Below, in pieces: positions 10,125 to 20,013 of a stretch of 64,000 bases of DNA; position 1 is the stretch's first letter, and each line of letters opens with the position of its first letter. The notes below the pieces were generated by a model. That model saw only the letters and a list, made by a program, of their open reading frames with translations, was not told the DNA's origin and did no database searches. The position numbers and the translations under genes were made by a program. The stretch lies in IMG/VR virus record IMGVR_UViG_3300027747_001395. The stretch is one strand, 5' to 3'. Source of the DNA: a virus. Taxonomy: Duplodnaviria; Heunggongvirae; Uroviricota; Caudoviricetes.

Positions 10125-10312
10125 CTATGCCTCTTGAATTAGATGGACTTGTATATAAAAATCTTACTCACAGATTAAATAATTTAGCTAAAAATGTTGA
10201 ACTAGATGGTCATTGTAATGCTGCGCGACTCATGCGAAATGCAGCAGACACTCTTGATCATTTAGAAAAACTAGGTCTTATTAAGCTGGACAAGTCAAAG
10301 GATTTTGATTAA
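10125..10312 (+). CDS. Hypothetical small protein
   Basis: ORF, start uncertain (GTG 10112 or ATG 10125). Confidence 0.4.
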
Positions 10313-10351
10313 AATAAATAACGTTGTCATCCACTTAATAAAGGATTCAGC

Positions 10352-10684
10352 ATGACACCTACTCAATTAGCCGAGCAATATATAGAACTCAGCAAGAACC
10401 CAGGAAAAACAACTGCTTTAATTAATGCACTGCCAAACGAAAAATGTGCAGTAATGAGTTCTAGTCATGCAGCAAATGATAATATTAAAGATAAACTAAA
10501 ACAACTTCGTCCAGACTACAACTCAGATAATGTAGAATGGTTAGTCTATTCTCCAAATTCTGGTTGGAGAGATAAGACACTATTGAGAGATATGCATGTG
10601 TATTTAGATGATTCATTAATCGGTGATATGAGCATCAATCAAATTAAGGCAATCAACGATGTCTATGGCAAAGAAAAGAGTTGA
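10352..10684 (+). CDS. Hypothetical protein
   Basis: ORF of 110 aa with RBS aaaggattcagcATG. Confidence 0.5.
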   Translation: MTPTQLAEQYIELSKNPGKTTALINALPNEKCAVMSSSHAANDNIKDKLKQLRPDYNSDNVEWLVYSPNSGWRDKTLLRDMHVYLDDSLIGDMSINQIKAINDVYGKEKS

Positions 10685-10716
10685 CATTTTTATTTCAGTG
10701 ATATAAGATGGACTTA
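10681..10716 (+). promoter_or_regulatory. Promoter-family repeat (variant) upstream of nrdA leader
   Basis: TTGACAttttt...ATAAGA. Confidence 0.4.
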
Positions 10717-10866
10717 ATTGAAAGGATATATAATGAACCTTGCCGCTAAGTTTTACCACAAGCTGTACAAATCAAATTTCTTTCTAAAGCCGACTCAATA
10801 TCAAAGAGATTTTGAGTCGGCAGTGAAAGAATTTTTAGAAGAATATGAGAAGGATAAAAATAAGAC

Positions 10867-13137
10867 ATGATTCAGGTAGTTAAGCGAAATGGTAGTAAAG
10901 AACCACTAAATATTGATAAGATCCACAGAGTAATTGAATGGGCATGTGAAGGTCTTACTGGTGTTTCGGTTAGTGAAGTTGAACTTGCATCTCATATTCA
11001 ATTCTATAATAATATCAAGTCTTCTGATATTCATGAAACCTTGATTAAAGCGGCTTCAGAATTAATTACCGCTGATAATCCTAACTATCAATACGTAGCT
11101 GGACGTCTAGTCAACTATCAGCTACGTAAAGAAGTTTATGGTACATATACACCAGTTAGTCTTCAGTTACACTGGTGTAAAGTTGTAGACTATGGTTATT
11201 ATGATGAACAATTAAGTACTGCTTATAGTCCCGAAGAGTGGTTTGAACTTGCGGAATATATAGACCATGAACGAGATAACAAGCTTGCTTATGCAGCTAT
11301 GGAACAATTTCGTGGTAAGTATCTAGTAAAGAATAGAGTCACCGGTCAGATTTATGAGACTCCTCAAATGGCTTTTATGTTAATTGCCATGACTCTTTTT
11401 CAGAATTATAAAACCGATCGACTAAAATGGGTAAAGGATCTTTATGACGCAATCAGTACTTTTGACATTAGTTTACCTACTCCGATTATGGCTGGAGTTA
11501 GGACACCTCGTAGGCAGTTCAGCTCTTGCGTACTCATCGAAACAGATGACTCACTCGATTCGATCAATGCTACATCTTCGGCAATCATAAAATATGTCTC
11601 GAACAAAGCTGGCATCGGAATTGGCGGTGGTGCTATCCGTGCTCTCGGGTCTGGTATTCGCGGTGGTGACACTGTGCATACTGGTGTTATTCCTTTTTGG
11701 AAGCATTTTCAGACGGCTGTTAAGAGCTGTAGTCAAGGTGCTATAAGAAACGGCGCAGCAACTATGTATTATCCTTTTTGGCATTTGGAAGTAGAAGATC
11801 TACTTGTACTAAAGAACAACAAGGGTACAGAGGATAATCGTATTCGTCATTTGGACTATTCCGTCCAGTTTAATAAGGTAATGTATGAACGACTTCTTTC
11901 TGGAGGTAACATCACTCTCTTCTCACCTCATGATGTACCAGATCTTTATGCTTGTTTTTTTACAGATGTAGATAAATTTAGAATTCTATATGAGAAATAT
12001 GAGAAAAATTCCAAAATAAGAAAGAAAAGTATTCCTGCAATAGAACTTTTCAGTTCCTTTATGACGGAACGTAAAGATACAGGCAGGATCTATTTTATGA
12101 ATGTAGATCACTGTAATACCCATGGTTCTTTTATTCCTGAAGTTGCACCTATTCGTATGAGTAATCTGTGTGCCGAAATTACGCTGCCCGTTAAACCGCT
12201 TAATGATATTAATGACGAAACCGGACGTATTGCACTGTGTACTTTAAGTGCAATAAACTGGGGTAAGATTAAAAATACTTCAGATTTTGAACGACCATGT
12301 ACACTTGCAGTTAGAGCATTAGATGCACTTTTAGATTATCAAGATTATCCTGTAAAAGCAGCTGAACTTCACAGCAAGGAATATCGTCCGCTTGGTGTTG
12401 GCATTATCAACTTTGCATATTGGTTAGCTAAGAATGGTAGTACCTATTCTAATCCTAATCTTGATCTGATTCATGAGTATGCCGAAGCTTGGTCATATTA
12501 TCTTATTAAGGCATCAGTAGATCTTGCTGAGGAATATGAAGCTTGTACACTTCATCAGAATACTAAGTATTCTGCAGGTGTTTTACCTATTGATACATAT
12601 AAGAAAGAAGTTGATGAATTGGTTGCTCCAGTCTATAAGATGGACTGGGATCAACTGGCACTTCGAGCTAATCAAGTTGGTATTCGTAATTCTACTTTAA
12701 TGGCACTTATGCCTGCCGAAACATCTGCACAGATTAGTAATTCAACAAATGGTATTGAACCTCCTCGTGCTCTTGTTTCGATTAAGCAGTCCAAGGATGG
12801 AGTCCTTAAGCAAGTAGTTCCAGGTATTAACAATCGAAGTGTCAAGTACGAATTACTCTGGGATCAACCAAGCCCAGAAGGTTATTTAAAGATTATGGCT
12901 GTACTTCAAAAGTTTATTGACCAGTCTATTTCCACTAACACTTCATATAATCCAAAGTTTTATGAAGATGGAAAGATTCCAATGTCAGTTATGCTACAAC
13001 ATCTTCTGATGATGTATAAATACGGCATCAAGACTGGGTATTATTTCAACACAAATGATGGCGCTGGTGAAATTGAATTGGAAGATCTGGCACCAGGTGA
13101 AACTGATGACGAGGATTGTTTATCATGCAAGATCTGA
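10867..13137 (+). CDS. nrdA: Ribonucleoside-diphosphate reductase class Ia alpha subunit (NrdA) with ATP-cone
   Basis: N-terminal ATP cone (VKRNGSKEPLNIDKI). Catalytic motifs NLCAEI and PAETSAQISN, C-terminal CxxC. 756 aa. Confidence 0.9.
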   Translation: MIQVVKRNGSKEPLNIDKIHRVIEWACEGLTGVSVSEVELASHIQFYNNIKSSDIHETLIKAASELITADNPNYQYVAGRLVNYQLRKEVYGTYTPVSLQLHWCKVVDYGYYDEQLSTAYSPEEWFELAEYIDHERDNKLAYAAMEQFRGKYLVKNRVTGQIYETPQMAFMLIAMTLFQNYKTDRLKWVKDLYDAISTFDISLPTPIMAGVRTPRRQFSSCVLIETDDSLDSINATSSAIIKYVSNKAGIGIGGGAIRALGSGIRGGDTVHTGVIPFWKHFQTAVKSCSQGAIRNGAATMYYPFWHLEVEDLLVLKNNKGTEDNRIRHLDYSVQFNKVMYERLLSGGNITLFSPHDVPDLYACFFTDVDKFRILYEKYEKNSKIRKKSIPAIELFSSFMTERKDTGRIYFMNVDHCNTHGSFIPEVAPIRMSNLCAEITLPVKPLNDINDETGRIALCTLSAINWGKIKNTSDFERPCTLAVRALDALLDYQDYPVKAAELHSKEYRPLGVGIINFAYWLAKNGSTYSNPNLDLIHEYAEAWSYYLIKASVDLAEEYEACTLHQNTKYSAGVLPIDTYKKEVDELVAPVYKMDWDQLALRANQVGIRNSTLMALMPAETSAQISNSTNGIEPPRALVSIKQSKDGVLKQVVPGINNRSVKYELLWDQPSPEGYLKIMAVLQKFIDQSISTNTSYNPKFYEDGKIPMSVMLQHLLMMYKYGIKTGYYFNTNDGAGEIELEDLAPGETDDEDCLSCKI

Positions 13138-13394
13138 CTGAAGAAAAACGTGGTAAACGCCGCCGACTTACTACTAATGCAATTAAACGACAGAAGCAAT
13201 TAGCAAAGATTAATAAACTAGGTGCTGTTCATAAGCATAACGAACAAGATCATCGGTTTGCAAAGATGCATGCACTTAATTGTGGAATTCCCAAATGTAT
13301 TATGTGTGGTAATCCCAGAAAGATTTGGAAAGAACGTACACTTCAAGAAAAGAGATTTATGCAAGATGACTGGATATATGAGACTAAACAATGA
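13125..13394 (+). CDS. Small basic CxxC protein between nrdA and nrdB
   Basis: ATG overlaps the nrdA end. CIMCGNPRK motif. Start and reality uncertain. Confidence 0.35.
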   Translation: MQDLTEEKRGKRRRLTTNAIKRQKQLAKINKLGAVHKHNEQDHRFAKMHALNCGIPKCIMCGNPRKIWKERTLQEKRFMQDDWIYETKQ

Positions 13395-13566
13395 CAAGTG
13401 GGATGACCTTGGAGTAGTTTATAAAGTTTTGAGCTATTTTAAAGATGTAACTTCAACAAGTGTTAAACTTGAACTTCAAACAATAGATGGTGCAATTCAT
13501 ACTCGTGTCGAACCAGAAGCATATATAGAATGGCTTCAAGACGGAGATACTAATGTCAGTTTTTAA
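13366..13566 (+). CDS. Small hypothetical protein
   Basis: ORF ending in overlap with the nrdB start. Alternative to the previous call in another frame. Confidence 0.3.
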   Translation: MTGYMRLNNDKWDDLGVVYKVLSYFKDVTSTSVKLELQTIDGAIHTRVEPEAYIEWLQDGDTNVSF

Positions 13567-14665
13567 TACTAGTACAAATAAGAATCATCTAGAACGAACA
13601 ATCTTTTTTGACGAGCCGGTTGATATTGCTCGTTATGATAAAGTAAAGTATCCAGCATTTGAAAAACTAACAGATAAACAACTTAGTTTCTTTTGGCGCC
13701 CTTCTGAAATAGAATTGTCCAAAGACTCTAAAGATTTTAAGGGTCTTACTGATAATGAGAAGCATATTTTTACTTCCAATCTTAAAAGGCAGATTCTACT
13801 TGACTCTGTTCAGGGTAGAGCTCCATCTCTGGCTTTTCTCCCTATTTGTTCACTACCTGAGGTGGAAACCTGGATCCAGACTTGGGCGTTTAGTGAAACG
13901 ATCCACTCCCGTTCTTACACTCATATCATTCGCAACGTTTATTCTGACCCTTCCCGAGTCTTTGATGAGATGTTGGAGATCCAGGAAATAGCCGACTGTG
14001 CTGCTGATATCAGTAAGTATTATGATGAACTGATTGATATGAATATTTGGAAGTCTGATTGGAGAGCTGACAGGTCTTATAGTGGTTCTGGTAGAATTGA
14101 AAATGAATACCAACACAAGAAAGCTCTATGGCTTTGTTTAAATGCTGTCAATGCTCTAGAAGGTGTCCGATTCTATGTTTCTTTCGCGTGCTCTTGGGCG
14201 TTTGCCGAAGTCAAAAAGATGGAAGGTAACGCAAAAATCATTAAGCTCATCGCACGTGATGAAAATGTTCATCTTGCCTCAACTCAACAGCTTCTCAAGC
14301 TTCTACCAAAAGAAGATCCTGACTTTGCTAGAATTGCAGAGGAAAGCAAACAAGAATGTATTGATATGTTCAATGCCGTTATTGCACAAGAAAAGCATTG
14401 GGCACGTTATCTTTTCAGAGACGGATCTATTCTGGGTCTAAATGAAGCATTGCTTAATGAGTACACTGATCATATCGGTGCAAAGCGAATGAATGCAATT
14501 GGACTGCCAAGCAAGACTATTCCAAATCCACTACCCTGGACCCAACGCTGGATAGCAGGAAGTGATGTACAAGTCGCGCCTCAAGAGACGGAAATAGTAT
14601 CGTACCAGATTGGTGAAGTGAAACAAGATATTGATGAAAATTCATTTAAAGGTTTCTCTCTATGA
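13553..14665 (+). CDS. nrdB: Ribonucleoside-diphosphate reductase beta subunit (NrdB)
   Basis: Di-iron ferritin-like motifs (ETIHSRSYTHI, EGVRFYVSFA, ARDENVHL) and the tyrosyl-radical region. Confidence 0.9.
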   Translation: MSVFNTSTNKNHLERTIFFDEPVDIARYDKVKYPAFEKLTDKQLSFFWRPSEIELSKDSKDFKGLTDNEKHIFTSNLKRQILLDSVQGRAPSLAFLPICSLPEVETWIQTWAFSETIHSRSYTHIIRNVYSDPSRVFDEMLEIQEIADCAADISKYYDELIDMNIWKSDWRADRSYSGSGRIENEYQHKKALWLCLNAVNALEGVRFYVSFACSWAFAEVKKMEGNAKIIKLIARDENVHLASTQQLLKLLPKEDPDFARIAEESKQECIDMFNAVIAQEKHWARYLFRDGSILGLNEALLNEYTDHIGAKRMNAIGLPSKTIPNPLPWTQRWIAGSDVQVAPQETEIVSYQIGEVKQDIDENSFKGFSL

Positions 14666-14853
14666 TGCTTCAACTAGACCCAGCAATACCAGTTGTAACA
14701 CCAAAAGGTAATGCTATGGCTCATATTCTACTTGATTATGGAATTGAAGCCGATTTGGTTTGGGTTTGTTTTGAAGCTAATGGTGAGTGTTGGTCATGGG
14801 GAAATAAAGATATAAGAGCCCAAACAAATATAACTATAGGAAGAACTAAATGA
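14662..14853 (+). CDS. Hypothetical small protein
   Basis: ORF of 63 aa overlapping the nrdB stop. Confidence 0.4.
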   Translation: MMLQLDPAIPVVTPKGNAMAHILLDYGIEADLVWVCFEANGECWSWGNKDIRAQTNITIGRTK

Positions 14854-14993
14854 ATTGGATTACGTGTACTGAATGCGAAGAAGAGTTTAGAGTAATTACA
14901 GACGGTATTGAGCCTATTTTATTCTGCCCTTTCTGTTCAGCTGATATTGTCGAACAAGACGAAGATGAAGAAACAGAAGAACCGGATGAATAA
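14850..14993 (+). CDS. Zinc-ribbon small protein (47 aa, acidic tail)
   Basis: CTEC...CPFC pairs. ATGA overlap with the upstream ORF. Below the ORF-track size cutoff. Confidence 0.4.
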   Translation: MNWITCTECEEEFRVITDGIEPILFCPFCSADIVEQDEDEETEEPDE

Positions 14994-15024
14994 ATAAATC
15001 TTTTAATTGATGAAAGATTTATAG

Positions 15025-15438
15025 ATGTGGCTTTATGAAAATAAACAATTTGAGAACTCAGATGAGTGGTATGGTTTTATATACTTAATTGAGAACTTAA
15101 AGAATGGTCGAAAGTATATCGGCCGTAAATATCTAACTAAAGCTGCATATAAAACAACAAAAGGTAAACGGAAGAAAATCCGTAAAGAGTCTGATTGGGC
15201 TGATTATTACGGATCATCTCCTTCACTACAAGCCGATGTTGAACTATATGGTAAAGAAAACTTTAAACGTACTATTTTAAGATTATGTAAATCTCGCGGA
15301 GAATGCAACTATTTCGAGGCTAAAGAGATTTTTGATACTGACGCAGTATTGGATGGTAATTACTACAACTCTTGGGTTTCATGTAAGGTCCATGCTGCAC
15401 ACGTCAAAGCATTGCATTTTAACCAGGAGATTTCATGA
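15025..15438 (+). CDS. GIY-YIG homing endonuclease (short form)
   Basis: GFIYLIENLKNGRKYIGRK motif (GIY...YIG). Confidence 0.6.
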   Translation: MWLYENKQFENSDEWYGFIYLIENLKNGRKYIGRKYLTKAAYKTTKGKRKKIRKESDWADYYGSSPSLQADVELYGKENFKRTILRLCKSRGECNYFEAKEIFDTDAVLDGNYYNSWVSCKVHAAHVKALHFNQEIS

Positions 15439-15439
15439 A

Positions 15440-15832
15440 GTGGGTAGCGTACTAGAACATAAGCATCTAATCATTAGAGCAGAGATAACAGATCCTCCAT
15501 ACGATGCTGTTGACATTAAACGTTGGATGAAGAATCTGGTGGAAGATATCGGCATGAATGTACTCATGGGACCATATGCGATCTATTCAGACATGGAAGG
15601 TAATCAAGGTCTTACTGCGGTTACTATTATAGAGACGAGCCACATTGCAATCCATGTGTGGGACGAATGTGAACCAGCAATGCTCCAGATGGACGTGTAC
15701 ACTTGTAGTACTCTAAATATTGATGATGTATTTAAAGCCATAGAAGAATTTAAACCAACTAAGATCGAATATAAGTATATAGATCGAGAAAACGGATTAG
15801 AACTTCTTGATGTTGGTACATTAAAGAGTTGA
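15440..15832 (+). CDS. S-adenosylmethionine decarboxylase-like proenzyme (class 1, SpeH-type)
   Basis: ETSHIAIHVWDE matches the AdoMetDC core (ESHISIHTWPE). Proposed GTG start 10 nt after aggag. The ORF-track start at 15332 overlaps the upstream gene. Confidence 0.6.
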   Translation: MGSVLEHKHLIIRAEITDPPYDAVDIKRWMKNLVEDIGMNVLMGPYAIYSDMEGNQGLTAVTIIETSHIAIHVWDECEPAMLQMDVYTCSTLNIDDVFKAIEEFKPTKIEYKYIDRENGLELLDVGTLKS

Positions 15833-15870
15833 CATTAATTTAGAATGGTATATAGTAATATTATGCAACT
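15829..15870 (+). promoter_or_regulatory. Promoter-family repeat
   Basis: TTGACAttaatttagaatggTATAGT variant. Confidence 0.5.
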
Positions 15871-15887
15871 ATACAATGGAGTGAATA

Positions 15888-16160
15888 ATGGGCAAGAAAA
15901 CAATTCGTAAAACAAAGACTTCAAAGGGTCTTCATAGCAATGTTGCTGCAGCTACACTAAAACTTGCTGCTGCTGCTGTAAGTCCTCTTGAAAAGGCAAT
16001 GAACAAGGTAAAGGCTTGGCGAAAGGGTCAAAATCCTTGGATTACTGTAAAGAACAATGATGGTTCTACAAATAAACCTTTTATTAAAGTTAGAGCTAAT
16101 TCTCTTTATGGAAACCCAAAGTTTTCCACTAGCGGCCTCTTTAAGGGTAAAGAAGAATGA
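15888..16160 (+). CDS. Hypothetical basic protein
   Basis: ORF of 90 aa after the promoter repeat. RBS ggagtgaataATG. Confidence 0.5.
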   Translation: MGKKTIRKTKTSKGLHSNVAAATLKLAAAAVSPLEKAMNKVKAWRKGQNPWITVKNNDGSTNKPFIKVRANSLYGNPKFSTSGLFKGKEE

Positions 16161-16402
16161 ATGTACTAATCTATACTAAACCAGGTTGTGGTCCCTGTGT
16201 AAAAGCTAAAGCCCTTTTAAAGATGAAAGGCATTGATTTTACAGAAATGACCATTGGTATGGATCTTCTTAGTGAAGATTTTATTGCTACATTTCCGGAA
16301 CAAAAATCAGTTCCATTTGTTTTAATTAATAATGAAAAGATTGGTGGATATAATGAACTCGTTGAATACTTTGACAGCCGACCACAATTCCTCGCAGAGT
16401 GA
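16157..16402 (+). CDS. Glutaredoxin (NrdH/NrdC-like)
   Basis: CGPC active site in KPGCGPCVKAKALL. 81 aa thioredoxin fold. Confidence 0.75.
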   Translation: MNVLIYTKPGCGPCVKAKALLKMKGIDFTEMTIGMDLLSEDFIATFPEQKSVPFVLINNEKIGGYNELVEYFDSRPQFLAE

Positions 16403-16634
16403 ACTTCTTACTACTCTACTAAAAGAGAATATTCTTAGTGTAGTTTTTGTAAAGAATGATGGAACCGAACGTGTACTTAAATGTACATTACGTCCTGATT
16501 TACTCCCAGAACAAACTGAATCAACTGGAACTCGTAAGCCAAATCCAGCCATTCTTTCAGCTTGGGATCTTGAAAATGATGGATGGCGCTCGTTTAGACT
16601 TGATTCAGTAATTACTACAACGGTAGTAAACTGA
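16353..16634 (+). CDS. Hypothetical protein (overlaps glutaredoxin 3' end)
   Basis: ORF in an alternative frame. The start choice is uncertain. Confidence 0.4.
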   Translation: MNSLNTLTADHNSSQSELLTTLLKENILSVVFVKNDGTERVLKCTLRPDLLPEQTESTGTRKPNPAILSAWDLENDGWRSFRLDSVITTTVVN

Positions 16635-17617
16635 TGGGCTTTGCTAAAGATAAACTATCCACTAATGCCATGGGTGGTACTGAGCTCATGAAGTATGAAC
16701 TCATGAAACGAATTGATCCTAATTTACTAGATCAATTCCAGATCTTTATGTCAAGGGTGCATGAAGAACTTGATGAAACAAAGCTTCGTATTTATTGGAT
16801 GCAAGATCTTCCTGGTGATCCAGAAGCAGAACATCTAAAGAATGATGGTTGGTCAAAGTTTCATAAGCTCGTCTTCGTATCTAATTGGCAAATGCAAGCA
16901 TTCATTAATCACTATGGTATTCCTTGGTCGAAGTGTATTGTACTTCATAATGCTATTAATCCAATTGTACCACATGTAAAGCCAATGGATGGAACTATTA
17001 GACTTGCATATTGGTCAACACCACATCGTGGTCTAAGTATTCTAGTTCCTGTTTTTACTGAACTTTGTAAGAAGTATGATAATATTGAACTTGATGTCTA
17101 TTCATCATTTAAGCTTTATGGCTGGGGTGAACGTGATGCTCAATTTGAACAACTCTTTGATGCTTGTAGAGCTCACCCAAAGATTAATTATCATGGCTCA
17201 GTCTCTAATGAAGTACTTCGTGAAAATCTATTGAGTACTCATATTCTTGCATATCCAAACATTTGGCCCGAAACTTCTTGTATTACACTTATGGAAGCAA
17301 TGTCTGCTCGTATTCTAGCAGTACATCCCAATTTTGCTGTACTACCAGAAACTGCTGCAAATTGGACTTATATGTATCAGTGGGCCGATGATCAAAATGA
17401 GCATGCTAAGATCTTCTATAATGTTCTTGATGGTGCTATTCAAAATCTCAATGACGACCGAGGGCAGCTTCAGCTTCAAGCTCAAAAATCCTATGCTGAT
17501 GGATTCTATGGTTGGGAAGGACGTGAACAGCAATGGAAGATGCTTCTTACATCTTTGCTGAATCAGCCTAGAGAAATTTCAAAGCCACAAAAATTCTTCC
17601 AGTATAAAGTTGGTTGA
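16634..17617 (+). CDS. Glycosyltransferase, GT-B fold (group-1-like)
   Basis: N-terminal GGTE and a C-terminal E..ITLMEAMSA..L motif resembling the GT1/GT4 nucleotide-sugar binding site (E...lEAma.G). Confidence 0.5.
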   Translation: MGFAKDKLSTNAMGGTELMKYELMKRIDPNLLDQFQIFMSRVHEELDETKLRIYWMQDLPGDPEAEHLKNDGWSKFHKLVFVSNWQMQAFINHYGIPWSKCIVLHNAINPIVPHVKPMDGTIRLAYWSTPHRGLSILVPVFTELCKKYDNIELDVYSSFKLYGWGERDAQFEQLFDACRAHPKINYHGSVSNEVLRENLLSTHILAYPNIWPETSCITLMEAMSARILAVHPNFAVLPETAANWTYMYQWADDQNEHAKIFYNVLDGAIQNLNDDRGQLQLQAQKSYADGFYGWEGREQQWKMLLTSLLNQPREISKPQKFFQYKVG

Positions 17618-17660
17618 CATTTTTCTTGGCATGGTTTATTTTATAAAAATAAATCATAGG
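17614..17660 (+). promoter_or_regulatory. Promoter-family repeat
   Basis: TTGACAtttttcttggcatggTTTATT. Confidence 0.45.
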
Positions 17661-17670
17661 AAGGTTCAAA

Positions 17671-18750
17671 ATGGCCGTTAAGAAATCAGCCGTAAATAAG
17701 TCGTTGGATAAAAAATTTGCTGGTGCTGAACCGATTGTCGAGGAAATTATCGGTCGGCAAGATCCTCAGCTTACAAGAATTTTCAACTGGTATAATTATG
17801 TCTATGGGGTTTCCGATGGAAAGGTCTGGCTTCTCCAGTGGATGAAGCTTGAAAAGTTTGAAAAATCTGCCATCGAAACTATCAAAAAGTCAAACGACGC
17901 TTATATTCCGACTACAATCTGTTGGGTTGCTAAGATGGCACTGAATGGGACTAAATTTGCTCCAGAGAATCTTGATTATGTGCGACGCCGCATTGCTGAT
18001 ATTATAGCTAAATATGGTGAACCAACTGAAGAGGAATCTACCGAGGAAAAAACCAATGTGATCTCAATTCAAGACCGTACTAAGGCTAAACTTGAGCAAA
18101 TCCTCACTATGGCTGAGGAGGAAGTAATTGATAGGCAGTTGCCTATGTATCAATTCCTCCAGAAACATTCTTGTACTCCTGCTGCTGCAAATTATCTGCG
18201 AGCATATTACATCAAGAGCCGTGATGAACTTTTCTCTGATGAATCTCAGGTCAAAGAAGCTTATGGCAAGAACCTAAAGAAGTGGCAAGCATTTTGGCAG
18301 GGTGTAATTGATGATCTTGATCGGTATGTTGGCAACAAGAAAGCCGTTAAAGTCAGGAAAGAACGTGTCCCTAAAGCCAAACCAATCTCTAAGTTGGTTG
18401 AAAAGCTCAACTATCAAAAAGAAGATCCTACACTCAAGATTGTATCGGTCCTCCCACAAGAGCTTATTGGTTCAAAAGAGCTTTGGGTTTATAATACTAA
18501 AGAAAAGAAGTTGACCGTCTTCTATGCAACTGGACCGGCAGGTCTAGGTATTAAAGGTTCAACTCTTATTAACTTTGATGTTGATCAATCGGAGTCAAAG
18601 AGACTCCGTAAACCTGAAGTTACACTTTCAGAACTACTTAAGGCTGGTAAAGTGGCTATTCGAAAGATTATGCCTGCACTTACCACCACATCTGTGAAAC
18701 CTACCGGAAGGATAAATAACATGACAATCCTTCTGAAGGTGATAAAATAA
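17671..18750 (+). CDS. Hypothetical protein (359 aa)
   Basis: ORF with RBS aggaaggttcaaaATG. No recognisable domain. Confidence 0.55.
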   Translation: MAVKKSAVNKSLDKKFAGAEPIVEEIIGRQDPQLTRIFNWYNYVYGVSDGKVWLLQWMKLEKFEKSAIETIKKSNDAYIPTTICWVAKMALNGTKFAPENLDYVRRRIADIIAKYGEPTEEESTEEKTNVISIQDRTKAKLEQILTMAEEEVIDRQLPMYQFLQKHSCTPAAANYLRAYYIKSRDELFSDESQVKEAYGKNLKKWQAFWQGVIDDLDRYVGNKKAVKVRKERVPKAKPISKLVEKLNYQKEDPTLKIVSVLPQELIGSKELWVYNTKEKKLTVFYATGPAGLGIKGSTLINFDVDQSESKRLRKPEVTLSELLKAGKVAIRKIMPALTTTSVKPTGRINNMTILLKVIK

Positions 18751-19095
18751 ATGACAAGTAATGTAATTCGCTTCCCTAAAGAAAAAAAGAATAGCCCTCC
18801 TCAGACAATGGAAGAACTTTTGGTTGGTGTAGAAGAAACACGCAAAGAACAAGTGGAATATTTGCTTGATGAAATTTTATCTAACTCATTTAGAATCTTA
18901 TATGAAGAAGGTTTTGATATGAGTAAAGATGATTGTGTTAATTCAACTGCATTCTTGATTGAAGCATTTAAAGCTGCAATTTACCGATCTGTTGGGTTTG
19001 AACACACTTTACAAGAAATAGCAGATCAAGTAATGAATGTTGTAGATGAAGAAGATATTTTGAATTTGGTTGACATTATTCCCGATACCGAATAA
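18751..19095 (+). CDS. Hypothetical acidic protein
   Basis: ORF of 114 aa, start adjacent to the upstream stop. Confidence 0.5.
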   Translation: MTSNVIRFPKEKKNSPPQTMEELLVGVEETRKEQVEYLLDEILSNSFRILYEEGFDMSKDDCVNSTAFLIEAFKAAIYRSVGFEHTLQEIADQVMNVVDEEDILNLVDIIPDTE

Positions 19096-19111
19096 ATTGT
19101 ATTATGTTTAA

Positions 19112-20005
19112 ATGGTTAGGACATTTTTTGTGCTTATAGTAGATCTCAATCAAGTTATGATCTCAAATCTTATGACGACACTTGGCAACCATGCCGATGG
19201 TGTTACCGTTGAAGAAGATCTTCTTCGTCACTTTATTCTCAACTCACTTCGTAGTTATAATGCCAAGTTCCGTGCGGAATATGGTGAGATGATTATTGCA
19301 TGCGATGACAAGAACTACTGGCGCAAGCAGATCTATCCTTATTACAAGGCAAATCGTAAGAAAACTCGTGATGCATCCAAGCTTGATTGGAATGCAATCT
19401 TTACAGTACTTAATAAGATTCGTGAAGAACTCAAGGATTATTTTCCATATCGTGTTATTCAAATTGATGCAGCAGAAGCCGATGATGTTATCGGTACTTT
19501 ATGCATGAAGTTTGGTAATGATATGCCAATTGGCGGCTTCGGTGATCCTATTCTAATCATCTCTGGTGATAAGGACTTCCGTCAACTTCAGTGTTATAGT
19601 AATGTAAAGCAATATGATCCGGTACGTAAGAAATGGCTTGTTGAAAAGAACCCTGCTGCATATCTCAAAGAGCATATTATCCGTGGCGATACCGGTGACG
19701 GTGTTCCTAACTTTCTAAGCAAAGACGATTGCTTTGTTTCACCTGAAGGTAGACAAAAGCCAATTGCTCAGAAAAAGTTGGATGTATGGCTAACACAAGA
19801 ACCAGAGATCTTTTGCACGGATGATATGCTTCGTGGGTGGAAACGCAATGAGCAGATGGTGGATCTCACAAAGATTCCAGCTGACATTCAAACTAAAATT
19901 CTCGACAGTTATACTGCTCAAGCAGGTAAAGGTCGTGATAAACTATTCAACTACTTTGTTGAAAATCGGTTACGCAACCTGCTAACTGATATTGATCAAT
20001 TCTAG
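19112..20005 (+). CDS. rnh: T4-type RNase H / 5'-3' flap endonuclease
   Basis: Strong similarity pattern to T4 RNase H: LIVDLNQV (cf. ICLIDFSQI), IISGDKDFRQL...NVKQYDP (cf. IISSDGDFTQLHKYPNVKQW). Confidence 0.8.
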   Translation: MVRTFFVLIVDLNQVMISNLMTTLGNHADGVTVEEDLLRHFILNSLRSYNAKFRAEYGEMIIACDDKNYWRKQIYPYYKANRKKTRDASKLDWNAIFTVLNKIREELKDYFPYRVIQIDAAEADDVIGTLCMKFGNDMPIGGFGDPILIISGDKDFRQLQCYSNVKQYDPVRKKWLVEKNPAAYLKEHIIRGDTGDGVPNFLSKDDCFVSPEGRQKPIAQKKLDVWLTQEPEIFCTDDMLRGWKRNEQMVDLTKIPADIQTKILDSYTAQAGKGRDKLFNYFVENRLRNLLTDIDQF

Positions 20006-20013
20006 GAATTATT

